Below, piece after piece: positions 21,082 to 31,241 of a stretch of DNA of 34,488 bases (positions are counted from its first letter, which is position 1; the number at the start of each line of letters is the position of its first letter). A program made the translations under genes and the position numbers. The DNA is from Nemertoderma westbladi. Taxonomy: Eukaryota > Animalia > Xenacoelomorpha. The stretch is taken from positions 1-34,488 of the forward strand of contig JAUCBJ010007876.1 in NCBI GenBank assembly GCA_032718475.1, given 5' to 3'. The notes beneath the pieces were generated by a model. The model was given only the letters and a program-made list of their open reading frames with translations. It was not told where the DNA came from and made no database searches.

Positions 21082-21349
21082 ATCTTATTGCAGTAGGCAA
21101 TAAGGTTGCAAATACCGTAGTGACTGGTAAAACTGAACCGGTACTTTGTAGGTCAGTAGGCCTAACTGTCATCACCGGTACCGGTACTGCTGTACAAGTA
21201 CATTTAGTATTATTCGATTTGATTATTGTATACCGGTAGGTCTCGATATTAAATCGGGGACGCCTGGTTTTTATTGGGATTTTACTTAGGTCTATTTCTG
21301 TCAGTTTTATTTCCTAGTAGGCTAATATTGAGCAGAAGGCGTGTGACCC

Positions 21350-21920
21350 TGCTCAGATTGTTCAGATAATTGTAGGCTGAGCTGCTGTCTGACTGTTGTT
21401 GAGTTTGGAGAGATTACGGCGTGTGTAGAGTTTGTCTGATAAAGTGCCGTTAGTAAGTTGGGGCAGCCATATGCGGTAAGGTCAATCCCCTCTTAAAGAA
21501 TAAGTCGTACTACCGTGTTAGAACGCATACTAACTAACAGTTTCAGAGTCTGCATATACTGTAGTTTATCTAGGCTTGATCGTAGTCTGCCAGTGTTTTG
21601 GCCTGTGTTTGTTTGTGTGGTCTGTTCAGGTACCGTAATAGTTATTACTCAGATATTTTGTAGGCTGGATTGTTGTCTGGCTATTTTTGGGTCTGAAGGG
21701 ATTGCTGCGTGTGTAGAGTTGGTCTGATCAAGTGCCGTTAGTAAGTTGGGGCAGCCATAAGCGGTAAGGTCAATCCCCTCTTAAAGAGTAAGTCGTACTA
21801 CCGTGTTAGAACGCATACTAACTAACAGTTTCAGAATCTGCACATACTGTAGTTTGTTTAGGCTTAGTAGTAGTCTGCCAGCGTTTGGTTTGTATTTGTT
21901 TGAGTATTCTGTACGGGTAG
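21350..21920 (+). repeat. 288-bp tandem duplication in the retrotransposon leader
   Basis: A core block recurs at 21421 and 21709 and is much better conserved than its flanks. Confidence 0.85.
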
Positions 21921-23242
21921 CGTAATATTTATTATTCAGAGTTTATGCGATTATTCGCAACATTCATGTCCCCAAGTTTATTCCTACAGTAATTGTGCTT
22001 GTTATACATACCGTTATAGTTAAATTAACTCCGGTACTACATCAGGGCTGCTTGGCGTAGGTAAAGACTGACGACTTTGTGCTTCGGTCACTCCAGCAGA
22101 TGCCGTGGTTCTTTTAACTGTTCAAGTATATTTAACTACTGATTATTTGTTATACCGGTACTTGTACCTAATTTAGGGTTTAGTGTACAGTGCTTTCCGA
22201 AGTAATTAGTGTAGGCAGTATATTTGTGTTGTAAAGTGGTTGATAGGCACATTCGTTAGCTCTATTAGCTTCCGGGTAGGAACAATCCGTGATACATAAC
22301 GTAGTACCTATAGCGATACGGTTATAGGTCGTCAGGCGGTGGTATTTTCCTATCTGGACAGTACAATATATTTACTACTACTTATTATTTAAATACCGTA
22401 GTACCCTGTCCTTTGTAATAGCCAGAAATCTAACCCTTTGTTGGACTGGTTTGTAGACTTCCTGTAAAATTACCCTAAAAATTTCGTACGTAATATTTTG
22501 TTGTGTTTAATTAGAGAATTGATCTCACCCGTATCGTAAGTAATTTGTAGTATTAAGTAACTTAGGTAAATTAGAATTATCAGTTTTAGTGTCAAATAAA
22601 TAGCACTTCACTTAGAGGCGTTCAGCTTCTGTGTAGTGACTCCCCCAGAAATAATAACATTTATTTCAAATATTGACAAAAACCCATGTAACGGGTATAT
22701 AAATATTATAAATCAACCCAAACGATTTATAAATAGTAGGCCTGCCATACGACAACTAGGTCTCACTATCAGTTGGACTACTGCTTAAATAACGGTAATA
22801 AAGTAAGTTAAAGTAACTAAGTAACCCTAAAATATTCAGGAATTCAATTGTTCTAAGAATAGTTGACATACCGGTACTTACCATAGGCTTATTATATTTA
22901 TTTCTATAAATTTGAGCTGAAATCATACCGGTACTCTGTAATTAATTCTAGTTCATAATTATACTTATATGCAGTAAGTGTAAGCTGTATACCGGTATTC
23001 ATTATAGGCCTACTATATATATATATATTTGTGCTAAAATTATACCGGTACTCTGTGACAAATCTAGTCTGTAATAATACTTATATATTATAAGCCTACC
23101 GGTATTCTAATATATTGTATATATATCACGTTACACCGAGTAACGGTACCGGTAATAAATCGCTAGGCTTGCGGTCATACTGAATTACTAGACTTGCTTT
23201 AACTGAAACTATAGTAGTAGACATTCAACTATATAACTAAAC

Positions 23243-24241
23243 ATGTCTGACACTCAGCAAAACCTGTCGGACAGTCTGATCGATACAACTATCTGTGATT
23301 CAGATAGGAGTGTGGAGCGAATAAGAGAGGAGTTCGGCTCACCTCCTACTGTAAAAAAGGTCATCCCTCCAGTAGTATCAGACCCTAGGCTAGTCCACCA
23401 TAGGTCCATCATAGGCACTAGGGCACAGGTAAAACGGGACCAAGAGGCAGCTGTCTTATCGCAGCAACATCTTGGTCAAGAACCTACTTCCCAGCGACCC
23501 GATAGCTCCAGCAGTTCGGATACTGTAGAGCTGACTCCCGAACATGGAGTGCAGATGTCTGATACAGTCTACTCGGACCCCCTTCTTACTCTTCCTGCTG
23601 CAGTGCTAACTACTATATTCATTGCGGTGGAGGAACATCAAGCCGACTGGGCGAAGAATAAGCGAGCGACCCAAGATAATTACGCGGGATACGCCAGGGA
23701 AGAATTGATACCTATTGTTGAATCACAATGGAACTTTCCTGGACTCGGACTTCCGTTGGATATGTCCGAGGCTACTTGGGAAGAGCTACACAGGATGGGA
23801 GTGGCTAAAGATACAATGGATCCAGCTGTTTGGAAGAGGTCGGCAGCAGGATATGTGCAGGGATTCTTCGGATCCTTAGAGCGATTGGAAGAACAACTGT
23901 TTCGACAACCTCACGGACCTCAAGAGCAGGAAGAGCTGCTATACCAAGTACGCGAAAGAACCCTACGCATTCGACTAATCCTCTCAGCCTTTGAGGAAAC
24001 TTCCAAAAGAAGACAGGACACTTCGCTGCAGGTTGCTGTCAAAACTTGGCTACATCGGGTAGATCTCAAAGTACAGGAAACAGCCCCGTGGAAATCCCAG
24101 CTGGCTGAGAGATCAACCTATGAAGAACCAACTGATGTCACCGAACCAACTGATGTCATCCTTGCTCAAGAGAGGCCGCCGAGAAACCGCGAACTAGAGA
24201 CGCTATCGACATTTATTTGTCCGACTATCAGCGATTCCTAG
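23243..24241 (+). CDS. BEL/Pao gag N-terminal ORF (332 aa)
   Basis: ATG-initiated ORF overlapping the next ORF in the -1 frame (overlap 24154-24241); no recognisable domain. Confidence 0.65.
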   Translation: MSDTQQNLSDSLIDTTICDSDRSVERIREEFGSPPTVKKVIPPVVSDPRLVHHRSIIGTRAQVKRDQEAAVLSQQHLGQEPTSQRPDSSSSSDTVELTPEHGVQMSDTVYSDPLLTLPAAVLTTIFIAVEEHQADWAKNKRATQDNYAGYAREELIPIVESQWNFPGLGLPLDMSEATWEELHRMGVAKDTMDPAVWKRSAAGYVQGFFGSLERLEEQLFRQPHGPQEQEELLYQVRERTLRIRLILSAFEETSKRRQDTSLQVAVKTWLHRVDLKVQETAPWKSQLAERSTYEEPTDVTEPTDVILAQERPPRNRELETLSTFICPTISDS

Positions 24242-27200
24242 GAGACGAAGAGTTGAGGAGACGACTGCATGGACTTTCCCCTAATAGTGAAGGAACCAAG
24301 CTTATATTGGACTCGATCGATGCCGAAATGTTAGCTGCAAACCAAGCTGAATGTGATGAAAAACTCCGCCTCACTAGAGTCCGAGAAGAACAAATAAAGA
24401 AAAGAAGGATAGAGGAACAAAAAACGGTGGCTATGGCGGAGGCTATAGCAGATGCAGAAGCAGAAAGAAAGGCAGCGGCGGCAGAAGTAGAAGCAGAAAG
24501 AATAGCAGCAAAGGCAGCGGCGGCAGATGCAGAAGCAGAAAGAAAGGCAGCGGCGGCAGAAGTAGAAGCAGAAAGAATAGCAGCAAAGGCAGCGGCGGCA
24601 GATGCAGAAGCAGAAAGAAAGGTGGCAAAGGCAGTGGCAGAAGCAGAAAGGAGAGCATTTGAGCAGACTACCCAACTGGAGTTGGAGAATCTGCAAGAGA
24701 CACAAGACAGTATAAATAAACAGTTTACTGCTAATCAAATGCAGATGATGAGAAAATCTACTCCCAAGCGCCAGGGGTACACATCCTCGGAGGAAGGCGA
24801 TACTACCGACCCTGAAGGCGGAGGAAATAGATCCCATCTAAGTAGACGTAGAAAAACATATTACCGTCGCAAATTGCCTGATTTGCCCCCAGCTGTTAAA
24901 AGACAGCTAACTAGCACAGATTTAGGTAGTGCAGAACCCATGGAACAATTTATCCAGGTCAAAAGACTCCCTACTATAGTCGATGAACCTGAAATAATTA
25001 GGCCTGTAGTTCCCAAAGTCACTTCTGTGCTAGAGACCCCTACACTTCCAGAGCTTAACTCTAAATTCCCTTTACATAGTACTACACTGCCTGTACCCGG
25101 TAGAACAGTCCATGCAAATACCCCTGTCCAGATAGCAGAGAGAGAAATCAATAATTTGTCTCCCGTCGTCCCGCGTCAGCCCGCTACTATGTTGGCGACT
25201 CCCGCTTCGGCGGTTGAGTGGGTGGAAGAGGGACGGCGGGGGATGAATCTCCTGCTAGGACAGATGCAGGAGACTGTCCACCAACTTAAGGGAACAGTGA
25301 GGGAAGGTAGAGCAGAGTTGCAAGAAGTGCAGCAAAGTATCGCGCTAGAACGCGACAAATTAGTCAATATACAAAAAGGCATACCAATGCCTCCTGTAAC
25401 ATTGTGTCAACCCGTTAGGTCTGAAGTATTACATGCGCAAGGTGTGGAGCCTACACGCATCTATACTGCTAGTGAAGTTGAAACTCCTATAGCAAACCCT
25501 ATTAAGGGTGATTATAGACCTGTTATTAATGATATTCCCTATAGACCTGATAATGATCCGAAAAATTTATATACCGATAATTCGATATTAAATAACACGA
25601 TGGCCCAAGAAAGCTTTACGCGTCAGATGGCTAGAACAGAAGCCCGCCAAGCGGTCAAAGTGGGAGAGATCGTCAAATTCAATGGAGATGAGATGAAATG
25701 GTTACCTTTCAACGAATATTACAAAGATAGCATACAGAACTCTGTACTATCTAACGGAGAGAAACTTAGATTCCTCATCAAGTGCTTGGAAGGACCTCCC
25801 AAGTTAATGGCATTAAAGTTTATTGGACATCCAGATGGATTAAGACAAGTTTGGGATACATTAAACATCAGGTATGGTAACAAGGATAACATAGCTAAGT
25901 ATTTGTATGCAAAATTAGTAGCCCCCCGACACTTCCTTAGTAGCGAGATTATAGAGTTTTCCGATGAAATTCAAGAGATCTGTAGACAACTGGACTGGTT
26001 AGGTAAGTCGCATGAATATCAGAGTTCCATGGTTATTGGAGCCGTAGTCTCTACTTTACCAAAGGGTGGAGTATGTACACGCTGGGACAAGAAAGTGTTG
26101 TACATGAATGAACAACAACGACGAAGTCCTACCATGGCTGATCTCATGTCTTTCTTAGATAGTGAAGTAAAATTACAACTCATAAGGCAGTCCAGAGAGA
26201 AAACATCGAAAAATAAGGTAAGTGAGAAACCCGATTCTAGGAGAAGGATAATACCAGTGTGTTATACTGACGACGGCGAGAGCCAAGCTTCTCAAGAAGA
26301 GGACAGCGGGAAAGACACAGCAAAATCTTACTATGACAACAAGACCTATAAAGACGTAAGTAAATACAAGTCTCGAACCAGTGACAGGAGAGAACAGGTA
26401 ACAACAACTCCTCCTACGTCTCCTAAGAGAATTCACGGAAGAAAGCCCGAAGAAAGAACGAGAGTGCATAACGTTAACCAAGTTAAGGTGAGTAACATCA
26501 AACCAAAATGTGCGCTGTGCGACGGGCCCCACCGTTTGAGTGCGTGTGCTGAATTTCTAAAGAAATCCCCTGTAGACAGACGTACAGTCCTGTGGAATAA
26601 GCGGTTATGCTATAATTGCCTCAGATCAGGACACCAACGGCGAACCTGTTACTCCGACGTAAAGTGTGCAAAGTGTGGCGCGAAACATCACATCTTGTTA
26701 CACAGTGAGTTCGATCGAGACCACCCGAGTCAGGTAAGTGAGCCCGAACTACATGTCCAATTCAGTGATGTGAACGACACTGACCAAAGTTCTGAGTGGG
26801 AAGGATTCTATACAGACGAATTCTCCGATGCCAACGAATCCTGTTATCTAATAAATACCACAGTGTATCGAGCACTTACGGATGAAAAGGACACTGACGA
26901 GTTTACTCCAACTCCTTTTGACAAACAACCATCTTGGAAAGTTCCAACTTCCAACATAGGAATAAGAGAATTTCCTGTAGTGCAAGTTCGAGTTCATGGT
27001 CCCAACAAGAGTTACATAGTGAACGCCCTACTTGACTCCGGCAGTACAGGAACATTCATCGATCAAGAACTAGCCGAAGATATCTTTGCTGGACAACCCA
27101 AGTTCCGGACTAAATTGAATATGTCAGGAATTATGCAGGTTTGGAAATCTACCCTAACGGCAGATTACTATGTAGGTGTGTTGTCCACCCCCCAGGATAA

Positions 27201-27936
27201 GTTAGGAACACAAGGTATAAGGTCAGTAAAAATGGTGGCTATAAAGAACTTTGCTACTACTCAAGCAGAACCTTATAACTGGGACGAGGACGAGTGCATC
27301 CAACATCTTGAGATACCTCGATTCCAAACCGATTATCCTGGAGTGCAAATACTCATCGGCCAAAACGCGCATGAGGCGCTCGAGCCATTAGAGAAACGGC
27401 CTGCTCAACCACAGCCACTACAAACCTATGCGGTAAGAACTAGAGTAGGTTGGTACTTCACTGGCCCTTCCCGTAGAACTCTCAAAGAGAGATTACCTCA
27501 ACAACAGGTATACCAAGTAAAGGGGGAAGTGGAGAGCAGTGATGTGGACGACCCAACTGAGGGAACACCATACTCCTCAGATAATGACGATATTAACTCC
27601 AATGTAGATCAATGGAGACATTGCCTTGGGACGATTAATCCAGCCGACATCGCTTCCAGAGGAGCAACTCCTCAAGAACTGATAGATACTCCAGGCTGGT
27701 TAGGTGGATCCGACTCCTTAAGTAAAGAAGAAGAAGAATGGCCTCCTCATCTTACCACGGCAGAAATTAGACAGGCCAAGGGAGCGGAGAAAGTAACACA
27801 ACAACTCAATCGCCCAGCTAGTGGTTTATGTTTACTGGAAAGAGACCGAAAACTGTCCGAAAACTATGGAAGGCAAGATACTCTTCCTACGACTACTTCC
27901 CTAATCCGGCAAATATCTAGGGACTCCATAACGTGA
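24154..27936 (+). CDS. gag: BEL/Pao Gag-protease with vestigial RNase H and integrase tails
   Basis: DUF1759-like FNGDEMKW..F; zinc knuckles CALCDGPHRLSAC, CYNCLRSGHQRRTC and CAKCGAKHHILLH; protease ALLDSGS; then WRHCLGTINPADIASRG and RPASGLCLLE. No YxDD or integrase DDE core. Confidence 0.9.
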   Translation, partial: CHPCSREAAEKPRTRDAIDIYLSDYQRFLGDEELRRRLHGLSPNSEGTKLILDSIDAEMLAANQAECDEKLRLTRVREEQIKKRRIEEQKTVAMAEAIADAEAERKAAAAEVEAERIAAKAAAADAEAERKAAAAEVEAERIAAKAAAADAEAERKVAKAVAEAERRAFEQTTQLELENLQETQDSINKQFTANQMQMMRKSTPKRQGYTSSEEGDTTDPEGGGNRSHLSRRRKTYYRRKLPDLPPAVKRQLTSTDLGSAEPMEQFIQVKRLPTIVDEPEIIRPVVPKVTSVLETPTLPELNSKFPLHSTTLPVPGRTVHANTPVQIAEREINNLSPVVPRQPATMLATPASAVEWVEEGRRGMNLLLGQMQETVHQLKGTVREGRAELQEVQQSIALERDKLVNIQKGIPMPPVTLCQPVRSEVLHAQGVEPTRIYTASEVETPIANPIKGDYRPVINDIPYRPDNDPKNLYTDNSILNNTMAQESFTRQMARTEARQAVKVGEIVKFNGDEMKWLPFNEYYKDSIQNSVLSNGEKLRFLIKCLEGPPKLMALKFIGHPDGLRQVWDTLNIRYGNKDNIAKYLYAKLVAPRHFLSSEIIEFSDEIQEICRQLDWLGKSHEYQSSMVIGAVVSTLPKGGVCTRWDKKVLYMNEQQRRSPTMADLMSFLDSEVKLQLIRQSREKTSKNKVSEKPDSRRRIIPVCYTDDGESQASQEEDSGKDTAKSYYDNKTYKDVSKYKSRTSDRREQVTTTPPTSPKRIHGRKPEERTRVHNVNQVKVSNIKPKCALCDGPHRLSACAEFLKKSPVDRRTVLWNKRLCYNCLRSGHQRRTCYSDVKCAKCGAKHHILLHSEFDRDHPSQVSEPELHVQFSDVNDTDQSSEWEGFYTDEFSDANESCYLINTTVYRALTDEKDTDEFTPTPFDKQPSWKVPTSNIGIREFPVVQVRVHGPNKSYIVNALLDSGSTGTFIDQELAEDIFAGQPKFRTKLNMSGIMQVWKSTLTADYYVGVLSTPQDKLGTQGIRSVKMVAIKNFATTQAEPYNWDEDECIQHLEIPRFQTDYPGVQILIGQNAHEALEPLEKRPAQPQPLQTYAVRTRVGWYFTGPSRRTLKERLPQQQVYQVKGEVESSDVDDPTEGTPYSSDNDDINSNVDQWRHCLGTINPADIASRGATPQELIDTPGWLGGSDSLSKEEEEWPPHLTTAEIRQAKGAEKVTQQLNRPASGLCLLERDRKLSENYGRQDTLPTTTSLIRQISRDSIT
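24448..24621 (+). repeat. 75-bp in-frame tandem repeat (ADAEAERKAAAAEVEAERIAAKAAA x2.3)
   Basis: Exact copies at 24448 and 24523, partial copy at 24598. Confidence 0.9.
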
Positions 27937-28479
27937 TAGCATGTGGAGTGGGCGTGTGACTATATCATTTTATATTTGTTTTTATTTTCTATTTATGTAT
28001 GTATTATTATGTAATTTTATTATAATCGTTTTCTTTAATTTTATTTAGTAGAAGGTTATTTTAGAATATTTAGTAAATTAGTGCAATATATTAGTGTTTA
28101 TTACGTATTTAATTACTTACAATATATTTAGTGCGACGGCAAGAAGTAATTATTTTCTCTTTCCTTACTGTCCGTATTATATTATAAATGCGAGACTATA
28201 GTAAGATGACATGTCAGTACTTCTTAAAGTACAATAAAGCCACTACTATATTTAAGTATTATTGGTAGGCAGAGTATTAGGAATGCAAAGTTCAGATCCT
28301 CGTGTCTCGGCTAAACCAAGCTCTGGGTAGACCTTGGAAACGACTTGCCTCTTCACACTGACATTGCTTCGTGCGATATTGCTCTTCTACCTTATAACAA
28401 ATAATACATATAGTAGCGTGATGTCCCTCTAACAGTAGCGTAAATCGCAAATAAATCTGTTAAACTTTTGACCATCTGT

Positions 28480-28915
28480 AATTCTAGTCGATTAAGATAT
28501 CGTGGCACCCACCGATATACTTGAAAGACAAATTCTAGAATCAGTGGTTAACGTCCCCAGACAAGTTCTGGAATAAATCGGTGCCCATCCTAAATATTAA
28601 TTTAATATTTATTAAAATCTGTAAAATTCAGATCCGTTAACAATTCTAGTCGATTAAGATATCGTGGCACCCACCGATATACTTGAAAGACAAATTCTAG
28701 AATCAGTGGTTAACGTCCCCAGACAAGTTCTGGAATAAATCGGTGCCCATCCTAAATATTAATTTAATATTTATTAAAATCTGTAAAATTCAGATCCGTT
28801 AACAATTCTAGTCGATTAAGATATCGCAGTATTTACCGATATTCTTAAAAGGACGATTTCATAGAATTAAGGATCCTGAGTCCCCAGACATGCTCTGGAA
28901 TAAAATTTGTGTCAA
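28480..28915 (+). repeat. 162-bp tandem repeat (2 exact + 1 diverged partial copy)
   Basis: AATTCTAGTCGATTAAGATATCG starts at 28480, 28642 and 28804. Confidence 0.92.
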
Positions 28916-29716
28916 TTTAACATCAAATAATAAAATTAACGGGAATAAATTTAAATTCATATTCAAATGAATTTCATAAATTGTCATTTGTGCAATTTAT
29001 AACATTCCCAAAATTCCAGTAATTAATAGATCATGGGAGCGGAGATTCATATTGAGTGTACTAGAGTGCGAGAATCTCCAATATATAGTCAATAGCCGAT
29101 AAAATTTATAAAATCATGCATAAAGAGGATATTGACAATTAAAGAATTACTATTAAATAACATCCCAGATCTGTATGCATGAGAATTACCCTAATTCTAC
29201 CGCTAGTTTTCCATAATGTCACCATGGCAACACCCACGCTAGAATTAGAAGCAAGTTAAAGGAACAATAAAAGGCTTGCCCCATTGCGTAGCATAAGAGT
29301 ATATATAGCGCACTATTAGTATCCAAGGATACATAGTAATAACGTGACATTCTGGAAGACACTGACTAACGGACAAATGGCATGCATGTGTGCAGTAAGC
29401 AATGATTGTATGGAATTTGTGCGTTTATAGGTGAATGTTACTACTAAAGTGTGTTTACAGTAGCTAATCGCAATTGTAAAATAGCCCTAACTCTACCGAG
29501 ATAACCTCAAGTGGATTCAAGCCTTTGGGACGGACAGTGGTGGGACTTGTGCCGGTTATCGTTGTCGTGCTGTTGCTACATGTTGGCGTAAACACTGCGA
29601 CAACGGTACATCGGCGCTGAGAAACCCACTGTCCGGGGGCAAAGCTTAGTAGGCAGCGACGCCCGCTTGCCTAAAATATTAACTCATATTGATATTAATA
29701 AACTCAGATAACAGAT

Positions 29717-31163
29717 ATGACGGAATTGATAGAAGATGACCTTGGTATCAGGGAGCGATATACTCTACCTTTACAAGCGTTTGTGGATAGCTTGATACGC
29801 GGTGAAGCCGATCCGATTATTACGGAGGACGATGGTCGTTATATCGAACCGCCGAGGTCCCAGGAACAACTTACGCGTGAATTGGACTATAGAAAATTCA
29901 CCGCTCGCTATACGCATCGTAATGGTACGTATATGGACTTCTTAACTACCGGCCATCCTATCGATTTACATGATACGGACGATGTAGACACCGAAAGGGA
30001 AATGGTTCTATTTAAATATCATACCCAGCGGCGTCGTAACGATAAACCGAGAATAGATCACGAAAATTCTATTCGTAACAGACTGGGAAGACGAACCAAT
30101 ATGTCTGGAATCTGAGGAGATTCAGCCTATCGCGCTCGGAACAGCGACAACGATTACATCCTAGAATGGTACCAAGGTCCACAGTGTCTCACTGCGTACG
30201 ATTATCGCCATGCCAACTATGTTTCTCGGCAACGTTGTCGGTTATGCGCATCGAGAGACCATGTTACGCCCATGGACACACGTCCGCTGTTCCTATTTCC
30301 ACGAACAACCGGCGATGGAAATTTATTGCGCGTATTGCAGATTTAATAATTTGCACATTTTTGCGGTTTGCCCTCAATTTATGACTCAATGTCACCATTG
30401 TCAACTAAAGGGACATGCCAGTTTCGATTGCCCTTTTAATCACGATTTGGAAAGCGTAGATGAAATGATCACACTACGTTACATCAGAGCTTGGGAAGCG
30501 AACACTGATTTATATTGTGATTCGCGCCATCGCTATTATCCCGGACGCGCTTACGAAGGAGTTTATGCGTTACATCCTTATCTATTCGCTTCGGTTGAAC
30601 AGAAATCACGCATATCAAGTTACGAGCTACTGAAGCGCGTCGGAGAATGTATTTCAACCAAATTCGTACGCAAATTTCTCAGGAGTGTTAATCCTAGCGA
30701 CCTTCATTCCTATAACTTAATCAATCATATCCGTCAGGATCCGGACTATGGAGAATTGTTTGTTAACTCACACCCTGAGTTACATGAAGTATATCGACGG
30801 CCTTACGAATACCGAGCCCGCGAACGCGAGTTGGAAAGAACCATTAAACCAAGGAAGTTTCTAACTGCCTATGGTCCACCCACGGCCCTCGTTCAGACCA
30901 CTCGTAAAGGACCCGTAAGAGCGGCTGTCTTGAAACGAGCTCTCAAAGCCGTTAGACCCCTCTCCCCGGACGTTGATGTCAATCAACCCGGTACTTCGAC
31001 CGGCGGATACACCGATCGCAATCCCATACCTTCTGATGCAATCATATTGCACCCTTCACCCAGGAGTTATAGCCCTCCTCGTAAAGTGGCTCGCCCCAAA
31101 GAGAAAAGGACTCTGGCTAGCTTTAAAAAACTGCGTAAACGCCGTCCGCGCAAGAAAGACTAA
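29717..31163 (+). CDS. Accessory 3' gene of the BEL/Pao element: zinc-knuckle protein with basic tail (split into 132-aa and 317-aa ORFs in this copy)
   Basis: CAYCRFNNLHIFAVC, CHHCQLKGHASFDC and C-terminal KKLRKRRPRKKD. Reading through the TGA at 30113 gives a further CRLCASRDH motif before a +1 shift near 30270. Confidence 0.7.
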
Positions 31164-31233
31164 CTGTTTAGAGTATTTACGTATATTAGAAACTGTGATT
31201 TTGTATATTTCATAGACTCAAATCCCATTTTCT

Positions 31234-31241
31234 GGGAGCGG
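31234..31241 (+). promoter_or_regulatory. Short polypurine tract (GGGAGCGG)
   Basis: Purine-rich run immediately 5' of the 3' LTR. Confidence 0.7.

Noticed and set aside
28480-28915. Regular repeats as a CRISPR-like array
   Set aside because: Whole units are duplicated with no unique spacers; eukaryotic context and no cas genes.
30113-30118. Programmed readthrough at the accessory gene TGA
   Set aside because: Context TGA-GGA is not a known leaky signal; a CGA-to-TGA mutation is simpler.
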